From NCBI RefSeq assembly GCF_963921235.1, contig NC_086102.1, positions 44,268,001 to 44,332,000 of the forward strand: 64,000 bases of DNA, given 5' to 3'. Position 1 is the stretch's first letter. Each line of letters starts with the position of its first letter. The translations under genes were made by a program, and so were the position numbers. The notes under the pieces were generated by a model. It saw only the letters and a program-made list of their open reading frames with translations, had not been told where the DNA came from and ran no database searches. The DNA is from Mobula hypostoma. Taxonomy: Eukaryota. Below, in pieces: positions 12,744 to 25,950 of this stretch.

Positions 12744-15186
12744 TATTTAGTGTAATATAAATTTTTTATTTTTATGTATTGCAATGCACAAGAAAACAAA
12801 TTTCATGACATACACCAGTAATATTGTACCTGATTTTGATCTGATTTATCATGTCAGGAATGAATTAGTAAGGAGCTGCTCTTGATTTAACAGTCCAGCA
12901 TTGTTTTTACGTAACATATTTTGGTAACAAATGACATTGCAGAAGACTGCGAGACTGCTGTAACTGAAGTAGTGGATTTACTTGGGTCAGGAGGCAGACA
13001 CATTAGAATAACATTTCTGTGTTCAGCAGGAGTGTGTTCTGTGGTTAGAAATGGCCACACAATGTAGGCTACACTTTGTGACACCCTTTATTCCTAACCA
13101 GAATAATCATGCACGATTCCTTCTAATTGTTATTGAGATCACTCAAATTTTCTCAAGGCATTTTTATTATGTAATTTATTTCTCATTGCTAATTTCACCA
13201 TACTTGAAGAAGCTAAATCCTGTTTGCTGTAGGTTGTGAAGACATCTTGGTAGGTTTCCTTTGTTGTAAAATAGGTTTCTTCAGTAATTCCCTTCCAGCT
13301 CCAGTCCACTGGATGAAACTGTATTGTCCCTGTGCTCTTTGCACAAAATTCTGCTCAACGGATTAGATGTTAGCTATGGAGCCTCAAGAGTTGCACATTT
13401 TTAAGCCAAGTACAGTGGGATATATAAATATAAATTGGTTTAATTGACTAAATCAATGATTTTTCTCAAGGTAGACGATCTCTATTCCTCAGTGCTGTTG
13501 GGTTAATCTGTTGTACTTATAAGAGCTGGAGTTGCTGCTCGCCTTTGTTTCCGCATTTTAGTTGACTGGTGAGATTTAAAGTATCTGGGTGTTGAAATAT
13601 CCAGGACTTTTTTTATTCCTGAGCAATCAATACGTTTCTAACTCACTTTGCTACTTAACCTGCTCCTTGGTCTCTTGTGCTCCATTTTCTGAGGCAGCTG
13701 CTAGTAAATGAAGCAACTTTAAGGGTTTGAAATATTCTGCAATATTGGCAGCTCGGGTTGGCTATTTGAAATCAAACTTCCAAATAACTTTGAAGGTCTT
13801 TGCAGTCAGAAATGCATGCTGGCGGAGTATTCATTTCTTTTGCCGTCCAGATAAAACAGCAGGATAAGTTAAATTATTTGGCTTTTGTCCTACAAAATCA
13901 CAAATAAAGTAAGAATTATGCTGTAAACTTAAATTGATGTCAACTATTTGAATGAAAACTTCTTGATATAAACAGATTACCAATGAATAATTTAGTACAA
14001 GCTGTCATTCTATTATGCATTTTCTTATTTCTAGGATCTTTGATCTGAAATGCTACCCTTGTTTGTCTCTCCACAAAATGCAGTCTGACCTAAATATTTC
14101 TAGCACATTCTGTTTTTATTTCATAGAACAGAATTTTGAGGAGGATTACAGGCTTTGAAATTACTTTGAAGAAGTTTAAACAGTAACGCAAACCTCTGCC
14201 TGATACTAAACATCCCTTTCCTCCACTATCAGCATACAGTGGCTGCAATATTTACCCTGATAGCATCTTCCAACCTGGTAACTTCTCCCACCCAGAAGGA
14301 CTAGGGTTTCAGATATATGAGAACAACACCACTAACAAGTGTCCCTACATAAATTGCACACCATCGAGCTGGAAATACATTGCTATCCTTGCATCACCAT
14401 TAGGTCTAAATTGCAGAATTCTCTCCAATGCAATTGAGGACGTATCTTCACCATGTTGCTCACAATGGTTAAAGAAGTTGGCTCTACCACTTTCTCAGTG
14501 GTAACAAAGGAAAGGGCAGTTAATGTTGACCTTGGGATCCTGACACCAGCAAAGATAATTTAGACTGGACTGAAATTTTAATTATTATTATACATAATCT
14601 TAAATATTTTTATTCTATTCTGAAATAACAGATGAGCTGATGAAGTGTTTTGCTTCAAACTTCACTGCGAGAGACACCAGCAATATACCAGATATTTTAG
14701 AGTTAGCAGGTGGAAATGAGAATAATATATTTCTAAGGAGAAGGTCCTTGGTATGCTGAAAGATCTGAAGGTGAATAAGTCACCTAAAGCAGATGGACTA
14801 CATACAAGTATAAGGTAGCTAAAGAAATTGTAGAGGCATTATCATGATCTTTCAAGAATCACTAGAGTCAGGAGTGGTTCCAGAGGACTGTAAAATCACA
14901 AATGCCACTGTACCCTTCAAGAAGTGAGGGAGGTAAGACAGGAAATTATAGATCAATTATCTGATTTCAGTGCTTGGCAAGATTTTAGAGTATATTATTA
15001 AGGATGAAGTTTCAGTGTACATGGCAGTACAGTGAATGAATAAAACGGGCCAAATTCAACATAGCTTCCTTCAGGAAAGACCGAGGAGTCTGTGGATGAG
15101 TAGAAGGCCTTTGAAAAGGTGTCACACATGAGATTGCTAAACAAGATAAGAGCTATGATACTTTAGGAAAGCTACCAGCATGGATA

Positions 15187-18003
15187 TAGTCCATGAGCCA
15201 GGACCCCAAATTTGGACCACCGGTACCATCTGGGGGGAATAATTCTTACATTGAATTTTGGCAAGGTATACACCCCTAGTGCTAGAAAATATGTGATAGC
15301 ATTGCAGCGGTGGTAGCCTTCTGTGAGGGGGACTGGGAGTTGCACCTCCATGCTATAAGAACCATGATCCCATGGTGCTTTGCCTATGATAAGATGGATT
15401 ATGCCAGGTACCTGTCCCCTTACTTTGCTCAGGTGATGAACCTCCTAGAGAAGAATCTTTCTGTGTCTGAGGTCTTCAAGACAGGCCAATTCTCAGTGCA
15501 GCTGTCAAGTAACAGTCCCTTTGGGCAGATCCCTGTGGACTAGGGCTATTTAAGCCACAGTGAACAAAGGCACACAGACTCCTGGAGGCACATTACGGTT
15601 CAGCCTGAATGCTGGACTATCAAGCGTTACTACATAACAGCTGACCACCACAGTGCAGTCCTGGGACAGTTAAGGGAGATGGTGCAAGGCAACAAATCAG
15701 AGCTTTGTCATGTGGAGCTACAGCGGCCAAGAATCCAGGAAGATGAGGAAGCAGTTTCAGCAGTGGTTAGCCTCATACATGAATGGGTCAACCCATTTGG
15801 TGAGAAGCGGGACCTCATTAGCATCTCTACGGCAAAGGCAGCCCCCAAGGACAATGCCTCCGACCTGATGAAGGCATATGAGATTGGTGAGCAATGCTAT
15901 GCAACCTTCAAGGATGAGAGACTAGAGGAAGACCCATCAGCAAAGAAATTCCATGACCCAATGAAAACCAACAAGCTGAAAACATTCAGTGATATGTGTA
16001 AGAAGAGAGAAGTGAAATCAAATGGGAGGGCGATCATCTTGAAAGCAGACAGGTCTTTGTTTGGTTGCATCATAGTGATGGCACAAGGGCGCAGTCTACG
16101 TACAGAAGATATCCTTTCTCATCCCCTTGGACCATTGGCCTGGGCCCTGTCCACGCCAGAAGGATTGCTGAGAAAGATACATAAAGCTACTTTACCCACA
16201 ACCTTGCAAAAAACGTAGCAGTAGAAGAGTAACTCCCTGGAAACTCTGCTACAGCGGTTAACGGAATGAACTTGGTCCAAAGAGTGAAAGGTGATCAAGT
16301 TACTTTCAGAGATGTTGCCACAATATTTCTGGGTATGGCTCTGAGGGAAGGCAGTCAGAGTAGCAGAATAGATGTTGTTTTCGACACATACAAGAAGAAC
16401 TCTATCAAGAATAGTGAAAGATCTCTACGGGGTGAAGAGACTGGTAACGAGTTGCAAGGTATCACAGGCACACAGATGGTGAGGCAGTGAAGGAGCCTGC
16501 TGACCAAAGTCAGTAACAAAAGTAGTCTCATTAGCTTCATAGTCCATGAATGGAGGAAGGCAGAGTACAGAGCAAAGCTACAGAAGATACTGTATGCAAC
16601 TGTGAATGACAAATATTACAGAATCACATCTCAAGACAGTGAGGAGGTGTCAACTCTTCAGTGTCAACAAGAAGGAGCAGATAGCCGCCAATTCTCCATG
16701 CTGCCTATGCCACAAGAGAGGGATACCAATCTGTAGTGATCTGCTCAGAAGACACAGATGCCTTTGTCATGTCTTTAGCATTTTGTGACAAGATTGAGGC
16801 CCCATTGTTCCAGAAGTGTGGCACTAGAACCCGTGCAAGGCTTGTAGACATCAGGAAGGTTGCTGCCACTGTTGGCATAGAGGTTTGTAGGGCTCTCATC
16901 GGGTTGCACGCATATACAGGATGTGACACTGTAAGCACTTTTGCAGGCAAAGGGAAGACAAGTGCCCTAGAACTTCTGACCTGCAACAGGGAAACTGAGG
17001 ACACATTCTTAGAGTTGGGTCAGGAATGGGACCTCTCCCCAGAACTGATGGACAAACTGGAGGCATTTACATGTCTCCTGTATGCCCCAAAAGCATCGAC
17101 TACCAAGGTCAATGAGCTCAGGTATCACCTTTTCTGTGCCAAAAAAAAGGTGAAATCGAAATTCATCAACTTCCACCATGCAAGGACTGCTTAACAAAAC
17201 ATGCACAGCAAGCCAACTACCAGGCTGGTATACGGAGAAGATATTTGGAGAAGGACCCACAAGTGCCAAGCCCTGTTGGCAAGGATGGAAGATGGAGAGA
17301 GAAGAGGAAGCTGAACAGTTGGTGGTGCACTGGATGGAAGGCCAGCCAGCATCCAATGCTGTCCTGGATCTACTGGCCTGTAACTGTCCAAAAAAATGCT
17401 CACTCCCAAGATGTATGTGTGTTGCAAATGGCCTCAGGTGTACTGACATGTGTAGACTGGCAAACTGTGAGAACCAGGCATCCACCTCAGAGAGTGTGGA
17501 AACTTTGGATGAAGATGTGGAAGGCGTGGAAGACTTGGAAAATTATGATTATTAATAGGTTATGAAAATATGGAAAACAAAGTATGGAAAGCAGTCTTTG
17601 ATTAAAAATATTCATTTTATAAACAAATGGGGCCTACGTTATGGCCGTGTGGAACCCCACATTTGAATTATTGTACTGTAATTCTATATGCTATGACAAA
17701 AGCTTAAGATTGTTTTGATTTGATACAACAATATAGAAAATATCATGACATTGATAAAAGTCAAGAAATCTCTCCAAATGAGGTTTTTCACTTTTGGGGT
17801 GGGGGTGGGGTAACATTTTCTGCTGTACTGATGTTAATATGGAATATACACAAAAAGTGATTACTTATTTGAAGTAATAAAGCTACCGCTGGTGCAATGC
17901 TATTACATATTTTCTAACTCTAGAGATGTATACCTTGCCAAAAATCACTATGAGCACTATTCCCCTCAGATGGTACCGACCAACCCTACTGGCTGATGGA
18001 CTA
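15187..18003 (+). mobile_element. AcademX-type DNA transposon, internally deleted, both ends present
   Basis: TAG...CTA termini, imperfect TIRs of about 125 bp (15187-15317 and 17882-18003), 3-bp TSD ATA (15184-86 and 18004-06). Internal ORF pieces carry XPG/FEN1-like motifs and a Cys8 finger. Confidence 0.8.
15318..17555 (+). pseudogene. Disrupted C-terminal part of the Academ protein (XPG-like nuclease and Cys8 zinc finger)
   Basis: Five consecutive ORF pieces, with SEDTDAF, YTGCDTVSTFAGKGK (H3TH-like) and CNCPKKCSLPRCMCVANGLRCTDMCRLANC (8 Cys) followed by an acidic tail. Confidence 0.8.
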
Positions 18004-18479
18004 ATAACAGATTGGCTAACTGGCAGAAGGTAAAGAGTGAGAATAAAGGAGGACTTTTCTGGTTGGCTGCCAGTGACTAGTAGTGTTCTCCAGAGGTTGG
18101 TTTTGTGTTTGCTATTTTTCACTTTACATATTAGTGATCTGGATGACAGAATTGATAGCTTTGAGGTTGTGAAATGATTACAAAGACAGGTGCATGGACA
18201 GGTAGTGTTGAAAAGCAGGGTATCTGCATTAGAACTTTGTTAGACTGGGGGAATAGGTAAAGGGCAGATAGAATATGTTCCAGGAAAGTATATGGTTATG
18301 CACTTTGGTGGAAGAAATCAAGGCTAGACTGATTTCTAAACAGGTAGAGAGATTCAGAAATCTGGACTTGGTAGCCCTAATGCAGGATTCTCTAAAGTTA
18401 ACTTGCAGTTTGAGTTGGTAGTAAGGAAGGGAAATATAATTTTATCATTCACTTCAAGATGGCTAGAATGTAGACCATA

Positions 18480-18980
18480 AGATAACAAGATGTGGGAGAC
18501 CATTTAGGCCATTTCCAACCATAAAGTCTGCTTCACCATTTGAAAATGGCTGATTTATTTTCACACTCAACCCCATTCTCCTGCCTTCTCCCTGTAACCT
18601 TTGGCACCCTTTCTAATCAAGAATCTATGAACCTACGCTTTAAATATACCCAATGACTTGATCTCCACAGCCTCTGTGGCAATGAATTCCACAGACTCAT
18701 CATCCTCTGGCTAAAAGAAATTTCTCCTCAAGTCTGTTCTGAAGGAACATCCTATTTTCAGGCTGTGCCCTCTAGACTCTCTCACTGTTGGAAACTTCCT
18801 CTCCATGTCTGCTGTCTCTAGGCCTTTCTATATTCTGTAGGTTTCAATGAGATTCTCCCCTCATTCTTCTAATCTTCGGTGAGTACAGGCCCAGAGCCAC
18901 CAAACGCTCATTTGTTACCCTAGGATCATTATCATCAACTTCCTCTGACCCCTCTCCAATGCCACCACATTGTCCTTAGA
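18480..18980 (-). mobile_element. CR1 3' fragment
   Basis: aatgaattccacagactcatcatcctctggctaaaagaaatttct... corresponds to the antisense CR1 RNFFSQRV..LWNSL region and 3' end. Confidence 0.65.
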
Positions 18981-18984
18981 CAAT

Positions 18985-19765
18985 AGGAGAAAGGGGAGGA
19001 GGAGGGGACCCAGGGGGAAGTAATAGGCAGGTGAAATGAAGTGAAAGGTTAGAGTGAAAAATAGAGGGGGGGGGGGCGTGTTAAGAGAAATTTGCTCCCC
19101 AGAAGGGAAAATTGATATTCATGCCATCAGCTTGGAGGGCACCCAGATGGAATGTAAGGGTGGCCTCATGTTGGTGCAATGGATCAATCTATTGCAATGG
19201 GAATGGGAATTGGAATTATAATGTTTGGCCACCAGGGAGTCCCGCTTGTGGGAGCACCGGACACAGGCGAAGTGATGCTTTACCTGGAAGGACTGTTTGG
19301 GGCCCTAACTGGAGGTGAAGGAAGTTCTATATTGGTGAGACCCACTGTAAACTGGGATACCACTTCAGTTAGCACCTCTGCACCATCCGCCAAAGCGGTA
19401 CTTCCCCATGGCCAAACATTTTACTTCAACTTCCATTCCCATTCTTATGTTACTTCCTCCTAGGTCTCCCGCTCATTCCCTTTCTCCTATTAACCACTCT
19501 CCTCTCTCATCAGATTCTTACTTCTCCAGCCATTGACCTTTCCCACCCACCTGGCTTCACCTCTCACCTTCCACCTTCCAGCTGGCCGCCTTCTGCTCCC
19601 CCCACTTTTTTATTCTGGCATCTTCCCCTTTCCTTCTCAGTCCTGAATAAGAGTCTCAGTCCATAACATCGACTGTTCACTCTGTTCACAAATGCAGTCT
19701 GACCTGCTGAGTTCCTCCAGCATTTTGAATGAGTTGCTTTGGGTGTCCAGCATCCTCAGACTTTC
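18985..19765. mobile_element. Old Penelope-like fragments in opposite orientations
   Basis: Minus-strand GIY-YIG region at 19040-19390, then a plus-strand pLTR ending in a decayed hammerhead (about 19637-19677) and the family terminus. Confidence 0.6.
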
Positions 19766-19769
19766 TTGT

Positions 19770-20265
19770 GTTTGTGACTTCACTCATCCAGGCTGCCATC
19801 ACCATATGTTTCAAATCCGCCACCATCGTACTAAAGAACTCTATACCTTCCGAACTGAACAACTACTGCCCGGTGGCACTGACATCAATCATCATGAAGT
19901 GCTTTGAATGGCTGGTGATGGCACATCTTAAAACCTCCAATCCTGCCAGATTGGACACTCATTGATATGCGTACTGATAGAAGCCATAGCATATATCATG
20001 CACCTGGCCCTGACATACCTAGGAAACAAGGATCCATGTCAGAATGCTGTTTATTGATTTCAGTTCCACATTCAACACTATTGCCCCACAGACTTTGATG
20101 AAGAAACTCCTACTCCTTGGTCTGAATACACCACTGTGCAACAACGTGTGGTACTTCCTAACCAACAGACCTCAGGAAGTCAAGATGCACTCTTCCCTCC
20201 CCATCATCCTTCATGTAGGTGCCCCCCAGATGATTGCTGTACACCCTTTTCACCATGACTGCATG
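19770..20265 (+). mobile_element. Rex1/Babar-type RT fragment
   Basis: LNNYCPVALTSIIMKCFEWLV and RMLFIDFSSTFNTI. Confidence 0.7.
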
Positions 20266-21040
20266 GCCCAACACCCGAGTCCGTGCCGAACTCTTACTCT
20301 CACCTAGTCCCACTGATCTGCATTCAGCCCATAACCCTCCATTCCTTTCCTGTCCATATAGCTATCCAATTTAACTTTAAGTGACAACATTGAACTTGCC
20401 TCAACCACTTCTGCTGGAAGCTCATTCCACACGGCTACCACTCTCTGAGTAAAGAAGTTCCTCCTCATGTTACCCCTAAACTTTTGCCCTTTAACTCTCA
20501 ACTCACGTCCTCTTGTTTGAATCTCCCCCACTCTCAATGGAAAAAGCCTATCCACGTCAACTCTATCTATCCCCCTCATAATTTTAAATACCTCTATCAA
20601 GTCCCCCCTCAACTTTCTATGCTCCAAAGGAATAAAGACCCAACTTGTTCAACCTTTCTCTGTAATTTAGGAGATGAAACCCAGGCAACATTCTAGTAAA
20701 TCTCCTCTGTACTCTCTCAATCTTATTGACATCTTTCCTATAATTCGGTGACTAGAACTGTACATGATACTCCAAATTTGGCCTTACCAATGCCTTATGT
20801 AATTTCAATATTACATCCCAATTCCTATACTCAATGCTCTAATTTATAAAGGCCAGGCTTCTTTATAAAGAAGCTTTCTTCACCACCCTATCCACATGAG
20901 ATTCCACCTTCAGGGAACTATGCACCATTATTCCTAGATCTCTCTGTTCTACTGCATTCTTCAATGCCCTACCATTTACCATGTATGTCCTATTTTGATT
21001 AGTCCTACCAAAATGTAGCACCTCACATTTATCAGCAAGT
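20265..21040 (-). mobile_element. Relatively young CR1 3' fragment
   Basis: ORF 20304-20627 LRGDLIEVFKIMRG...RRNFFTQRVVAVWNELP, the CR1 ORF2 C-terminus. Confidence 0.85.
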
Positions 21041-23854
21041 TCTGTGTATGTGGGCTGGATGGACCATAGTGATTCTCCTGAAGTTTTTAATCAAAGTGAT
21101 TATCACTTCTTCTGCCCTACGTATACAGAGCACAACATATACCAGTCTTGCCTTAGTGGTAGCATTTCTAATTTTGAATCAGAAATTAATTGTGCAGACC
21201 TATTTAAGCACAAATTAGACTTGCCACTTTGGTGAAATACAGAGAGAGTGCTGCACAGTAAGAGATTGAAGTTTTCAGATGAAACGTTCCGCCCAGGCGC
21301 TAACTGCTTTTTCGGATGGACAGAAGAAGAAAGGACAAGGCAGTATTAGAAGATGATCAAGGAGTTCTTCGAGGGTTCTGACTAACATTTAAACCCTACA
21401 TTTATGTTGGCAATGCATTTTTTCCTGTTCATTTATCAGCCCCTGCTGCCTACAAGTTGATCACTTAGGTGAGAGAACAGAGAGCAATTGATGTCTCTGA
21501 TCGAGCAGAGCATTGAAAAATTCACAATTACAGCCGTTTACTGAAACATAACAAATCTTCTCAAGAACCATCATTTTATTAACACCTAAATAACAAGAGA
21601 TTTCAAACAAAGCGCATCACATTTTAAAATTCACATTGGACACTCATATCACAAATTAAATCCAGCAGTATCATGCACTATTGATACATGGAAAATATCT
21701 AAAATAGGATGTTCATTCAAACAATGTCAAAATTGGGAATATCCCAACATGATAAGCTACGTTTTACATTCCGACCGAAGTGCCCATTTATTACAGGAGT
21801 TCTAGATTACAGCGAGTACATATTACAGTGCAAACAGTACAAAAATGTTTGTGATCATGGATTGAAGTAAAGATTCCACCTCACAATGTGAAATTTAGCA
21901 TCAGGTTAACTAAATAGGAGGCCATGCCAAAATAATTGCCCGCCCAGCAAAAAGCTGGTACATTAGGCTGGTTGTGTGACACTTTTACTCACCAGTTAAT
22001 TTTAATATTGTAGAGTACGTTATCCATGATCTGGACTGTAAGACTTCAAACCAGGAGGGTCACTTCATGTGTAATGCCTCTAACTGAAGGCAGTGCAGGG
22101 AGTACAAGTTCATTTCAGAAATGCCATCACTATAGTTACAAAGTGCAACAATTTTGATCAGTGACAACAATACAAATTTACTAAATTAATCAGATAGTTT
22201 AATGTAATTATGACAAAAGTGAACAGAACCTTTGGGCTGGTCAAAATTTCCAAAGATGAAAGAAATCCTGAAAGAAGCAAAATAGAATACATACCACTTA
22301 AATTCAAACATACATTTTAAGTTGCATGCCAGGAGAAAGTTTATAACACACAGGAGACATCATTCAATGGAGCCAATTTTAGAGAAAACTGATTATTCTT
22401 GTAATGATCTGTTTACTCCCTGGATCCAATGACAAACGAGGTGAATAATTCATATTGTTATCCATTAGATTCATGCCTGTTTCTCTCCAGTGACTGTTCA
22501 AACATTGTACTTGGGCAATTAAGGATGAGGTGGGCAGAAATCAAAGTTGATAACTGCACTGTAAATTGAGGCTAACCCTCACTAATATAGTACTGAGCCT
22601 TCAGCAGAACTATCCATACCAACAAAGTACCCTTTGATCACTCTGTATTAAATACACTCACAAACTGATAGAAAGATGCTATTTAGTATTTAATGCTATT
22701 TAGTATTTAATGCACTTACTAGGATAGGTAACTGATGCTGAAAGATGTATTCACAAAACATCCAGTTTCAAAGTGTCAAATTTGATTTTAACTTTAAGGA
22801 TGCATTTAATTACAATTTAGCAAGCCTATTAACGTACAACTTATTGCCTCTTTGAAATTCAGATTTATAGAGGATTGGAGTGAGACTTAATGCATCTCTC
22901 AATACATAATAGGATCAGGAGTAAGTCATTCAGCCCTTTAACTCTGCATAGCTGATCAACCACCCCTTCTCCACTTTTCCAGATAAACATGTTAGTTAAT
23001 CCTACAGCTTGTGTTTCAGCTGACGGGAGAACTAGAAGACTGAGACTTCAACTGAAAATATTTAATGACAAAGTAGCTTCAAATGTATAACTACCATTTA
23101 AATCCTCTTTTAAAATTTTGTCTAGAAAAATCATTTGATTTGCACAAAAAATTTGAAGTCATTCTTGAATGGCACTGATGTGAAAGATAATTGTAAATTC
23201 CAGCAAAAAATCTGAAATCTCTCAGCTAGCTCATCAACTCTTCCCAAATTACATGATATTTAAAACAAGTTGGTTTGGGAACATCTTTGCTCAGTGGGTG
23301 GTGCGAGTGTGGAACGAGCTGCCAGTCAAGTGATGAATGTGGGTTTGATTGCAATATGTAAGAGAAATTTGAATAAGTACATGGAAGGGAGGATTGTGCA
23401 GGGTTACAGCCCAGGGGCCAATCAATGGACTAGGTAAAATAATGGTTTGGCACAGACTAGATGGGCTGAAGGTCCTGTTTCATGCTGTGGTGATCTGTGA
23501 CTCAAAGGTAGAATCTATAATGAACACCCCGCCCCCCATTTCCATCAAGTGAATAACTAAAGCACATAGATTTAAGCAGAAGTGGGAGAGATGAAATTTT
23601 ATTTTGATATGGTAACTTTCAAAGTTGAATTGTACACCACCATGAGTAATAGAAAGAGAAACAGAAATAGATTTCGGAATAAACTAGACAGCTTTAAAAA
23701 AGTAATAAGAAATTATGGTTAAAATAACACCTCTCTGCTGTGTACAATTCTGCAAATTAAAGGTCGCCTATGGTAATGAGCAAACCTTACCTCAGAAAGG
23801 AAACATGGCAGACAAGAAGGCCGACTCCTTGATGTGGCTTCATTTAGCAGTTTC

Positions 23855-25950
23855 ATAGGAGCAGAATTAGGCCAAAAGGCACATTGAGTTTTCTCTGTCA
23901 TTTATTCATGCCTGGTTTACTTTTGACCCTCAACCCCATTTTCCTGCCTTAACCCCGTAACCTTTACTAATCAAGAAACTATGAGCCTCTGCTTTAAATA
24001 TACCCAATGACTTGGCCTCCACAGCCATCTGTGACAATAAATGCCACAGATTCACCACCCTCTGGCTAAAGAAATTCCTCCTTGTTCCTACTCGAAAGGG
24101 GCATCTTTTATTGAGGGCTGTGCCTCTGGTCCTAGACTCTCTCAGTATTGGAAACATTGTTTGCACATCTATTCTATATTCAAGTGGTTCAATATGGGGT
24201 AGGCTTCAATAAAAGCTACTCCCCTCACCCCACCCCATTCATCTGAGCTTCAGGGTGCACAGTCTGAGAGCTACAAAATGCTCCTTATATGTTAACACTT
24301 TCATCCCTGGTATCATTTTTAGTAGCCTCCTCTAAACACTCTCCAATGGCAGCACATCTGTCCTCAGATATTGGCTCCAAAACTGCTCACAATACTCCAA
24401 GTCTGGTTTATAAATCCTCAGTATTACACCCTTGCTTTTACATTCTAGTCCTCTTGAAATGAATGCCAACATTATATTTGACTTCCTTACTACCAACTCA
24501 ACCAGCATGTTAACCTTTAGAGAATCCCGAACCTCTGATTTCTTAATTCTCTCCCCAATTAGGAAATAGTCTATGCCTTTATTTCTTCTAAAGGGCATGA
24601 CCATACACTTCCATAAATTGTATTCCATGTGCCACTTCTTGACCATTTTCTCAACTTGTCCGGTTGCTTTGCAGACTCAATACTACCTGTCCCGCCATCT
24701 ATCTTCAACTCATTCTCCAAACTTGGCCAAAAAGCCATCAAGTCCATCATCCAGATCATTAATATAAAATCTGAAAAGCAGCAGAAACACCAGTCTCTGC
24801 AGAGCAGCACCAGTCAACAGCAGCCAATGAGTAAAGGCCCCTTTATTCTCATTCTGCTTTCCGCCAATCAGCTATCCTAGCTAGTGGAATTCAACTCAGT
24901 AATACTCTTGGCTCCGAAACAGTTTAGTAGCCTGATGTGTGGCACCTTATCAAAAGCCTTCTGAAAATCCATGTGAACAAAATCCACTGAACTCCTTTAT
25001 CTACCCTGCTTGCTACTTACTCAAAAAATTCAAACAGATTTGTCGGGAAAACCCTCCTATTTAGGAAACTATCCGGAGTTTGGCCTATTTTGTCATGTAC
25101 TTCCAAGTCCCCCCAAATCCACACTCTTAATAATAGCTTTAAAAAATCTTACCTGCCACTGAAGTCAGGCTAACTGACCTATAATTTTCTATTTTTTGCC
25201 TCTGGCCCTATTTAAAGATTGGAATGGCATTTGTGTTTCTTCTTGAACCATCCCAGAATCCAGTGATTCTTGAAAGATCACTACTAATGCCTCTGCAATC
25301 TCTTCAGCCACCTCTTTCAGGACCCTGCAGTACAGTCCATCTGCCTCAGATGATTTATTTGGAACTTTCAGCTTCCCAAGCACCTTCTCCTCATTACTAA
25401 CAACAACAAACACATCTACTCCCCTCACACCACAACTGACTTTCTTGAAGTTCTGGCACGTTGCTGGTGACTTCCACAACGAAGATAGATGCAAAATGCT
25501 TATTCAGTTTTTCCTGCCATTTCTTTGTTCCCCTTTACTACGTCTTCAGTGTCACTTTCCAGTGGTCCTATGTCCACTCCTGTCTCTCTTTTAGTCTTCA
25601 AATAGTATATCTGATGAAACCTTTGGTATCCTTTTTATATTCTTGGCTGGCTTAGCTTCATAGTTCAGCTTTTCACCCATTACTGTTTTCTTAGTTGCCT
25701 TCTGTTGGTTTGTAAAAGCATCCCTATCCTCTAATTTTCCACTAATTTTTCAAAACTGTATGTCCTTTTGTTGCTTTTATGCTCTCCCTAACCTTACTTT
25801 GTCAGCCACAGTTTCCTCATCCTTCCCTTAGAAACCTGCTGCTTCTTTCAGATGAAATCATCCTGCAACTTCCAAATCACTCTCAGAAACTCCTGCCATT
25901 ACTATTCTACCATCCTCTCTGCTAATGTTCCCTTCCAATCAACTTTGGAC
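23855..25950 (-). mobile_element. Degenerate CR1 ORF2 3' half
   Basis: RRNFFSQRVVNLW, LAFISRGLE, KVPNKSSEADGLYCRVLKEVAEEI. Confidence 0.8.

Larger units (their letters stand above)
14730..18480 (+). mobile_element. CR1 RT fragment split by the Academ insertion (14730-15186 and 18004-18480)
   Basis: Removing 15187-18003 and one ATA copy rejoins gcatggata-acagattggctaactggcagaagg, typical CR1 RT sequence. Confidence 0.7.

Noticed and set aside
15310-17555. Host tesmin/CXC or FEN1-like gene
   Set aside because: Intronless, frameshifted, and enclosed by TIRs with a TSD, so it is transposon sequence.
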